Positions 56,603-57,579 of a DNA stretch of 57,579 bases are shown piece by piece. The DNA comes from a virus (Duplodnaviria; Caudoviricetes). The DNA lies in the IMG/VR virus record IMGVR_UViG_3300025769_000133, positions 1-57,579 of that record; one strand, 5' to 3'. A program made the translations under genes and the position numbers. Every line of letters starts with the position of its first letter. Positions within the stretch are counted from its first letter, which is position 1. The notes under the pieces were generated by a model that saw only the letters and a program-made list of their open reading frames with translations, searched no databases and was not told the origin of the DNA.

Positions 56603-57448
56603 TTAAAATTTTGCTTTTATTGTTCTTTTTCCTCTTTTAACTTTCTTTTCAGCCTTTACAGTCTCAGATTTTGTGTATTTAGGTTTTCCTTTTGGCTTTT
56701 GGCTTTTTGACTTAGGTTTTTGAGGTTTAGGACCTTCCTTAGTTACAACTGGTGGTTTAACAGGTCCACCAGCTTTTGATGATATTGTTCCTAAATGAGC
56801 TTCTTTTAATGCCATATCTCTTTCAGATGGTTTAAATGATCCTGTTGTTTTTGCAGGACTCATTTCAATTGCGTCTAAAAGCGCTGGTCCTTCAAAGCCT
56901 TTTTTCATTTTCCCAGCTAAAGGTTGTTTAATTTTAGGAGCAGTCATGCTAGGTGCTTTGCTCACAGAACCTATTGGTGTTTTTACAGCTGATTGTGCTA
57001 TTCTTGTTCCTAAATCAGCTGATAATCCTTTTTGTATAGTTTGCTTCATCATAGCGTTCATAGCTTTAGTATTACCTAAAGGTTTAGTTGATCCCTGAAA
57101 TCTTTGCAAATTTAGCTTATCTTGCTCTTCAAGATTAAATCTATTTCTTGATAAAAATTCAGTGTTAATAGGTTCTATAATTGGAGTGTTAAGAGCAGGT
57201 GCACTTCCACCTTTGTCCATTTTCTTATATCTCTTCTTAATATCCTTTTTGCTTTGCGTATAGTCGAAGCCAGAATCATTAGATCTATTAACTACAGGGT
57301 TTTCTGTAATTAAGTTTTTTCTTTCTTGCTTAGCTGATTCTCTACTAGCTTTTTTAGCGCCTTTCATAGGTTTAGGTCCTTTACCTGATCTACGACCTTT
57401 GTTACCCATGTCGTCTTTTTGTCTTTTTGGTTTATCTCCGTATGCCAT
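56603..57448 (-). CDS. Hypothetical Lys/Pro-rich protein, 281 aa
   Basis: ORF track; low-complexity and basic. Confidence 0.65.
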   Translation of the reverse strand: MAYGDKPKRQKDDMGNKGRRSGKGPKPMKGAKKASRESAKQERKNLITENPVVNRSNDSGFDYTQSKKDIKKRYKKMDKGGSAPALNTPIIEPINTEFLSRNRFNLEEQDKLNLQRFQGSTKPLGNTKAMNAMMKQTIQKGLSADLGTRIAQSAVKTPIGSVSKAPSMTAPKIKQPLAGKMKKGFEGPALLDAIEMSPAKTTGSFKPSERDMALKEAHLGTISSKAGGPVKPPVVTKEGPKPQKPKSKSQKPKGKPKYTKSETVKAEKKVKRGKRTIKAKF

Positions 57449-57458
57449 GATGTATATT

Positions 57459-57578
57459 TTAAGATCTTGAACCCATATGTTTCATTACTTTACTTCTCGA
57501 ATGCCTATGATAAGCATCATCGTGTGCATCTCTTTTTAAAGCATGTGCGTGATCGAAATCATTTTCAGCATTTGCCAT
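57459..57578 (-). CDS. His/Asp-rich ORF end, probably truncated by window edge (..ANAENDFDHAHALKRDAHDDAYHRHSRSKVMKHMGSRS)
   Basis: Open frame from the window end to TAA at 57459. Confidence 0.5.
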   Translation of the reverse strand: MANAENDFDHAHALKRDAHDDAYHRHSRSKVMKHMGSRS

Positions 57579-57579
57579 T

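Larger units (their letters stand above)
1..57579. other. Segment of a lytic dsDNA tailed phage genome (podovirus, crAss-like structural module; probable Bacteroidota host)
   Basis: Terminase, portal, capsid, tail-ring and stabilisation genes plus phage replication genes. Dense overlapping ORFs in two convergent blocks; A/T-rich leaders lacking SD motifs. Confidence 0.93.

Noticed and set aside
1-57579. Stop-codon reassignment as in some crAss-like phages
   Set aside because: Genes are full length in the standard code; TAG and TGA end genes at natural C-termini; no suppressor tRNA seen.
1-57579. tRNA genes, integrase/att sites, reverse transcriptase (DGR/retron), introns or inteins
   Set aside because: Intergenic gaps are too short or filled by small ORFs and no such motifs were recognised by eye; tRNAscan-SE/Infernal would be needed to exclude RNAs formally.

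Overview
AT-rich segment of a lytic tailed dsDNA phage genome with podovirus-type, crAss-like structural genes. The host is probably a Bacteroidota/Flavobacteriia bacterium: start codons have A/T-rich leaders and essentially no Shine-Dalgarno sites. Two gene blocks converge on a bidirectional terminator near 12.2 kb. The + strand block (1-12200) holds DNA ligase, a DenV-like glycosylase, a sigma-70-type factor, Erf/exonuclease/SSB, primase-helicase, a thymidylate-synthase-fold enzyme, MazG-like pyrophosphatases, a resolvase, class II RNR and lipoproteins. The - strand block (12267-57579) holds a 3696-aa multidomain virion protein, ejection and tail proteins, capsid, scaffold, portal, terminase, tail fibres, holins, an amidase, GroEL/GroES and many small basic proteins. 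Best leads: (1) the 'ThyA' has dCMP-hydroxymethylase-type residues and sits beside a GIY-YIG/MazG fusion and a second MazG-like gene, suggesting a compact cytosine-modification cassette; (2) the giant protein has an HExxH metallopeptidase motif and four R[FL]AL motifs, two bracketing a HAD domain, suggesting a self-processing injected polyprotein; (3) a 12-aa tetra-cysteine micro-ORF; (4) GroEL with two GroES-like genes. No tRNA, CRISPR array, integrase or DNA polymerase was recognised. All family calls come from motif recognition by eye, not database searches.
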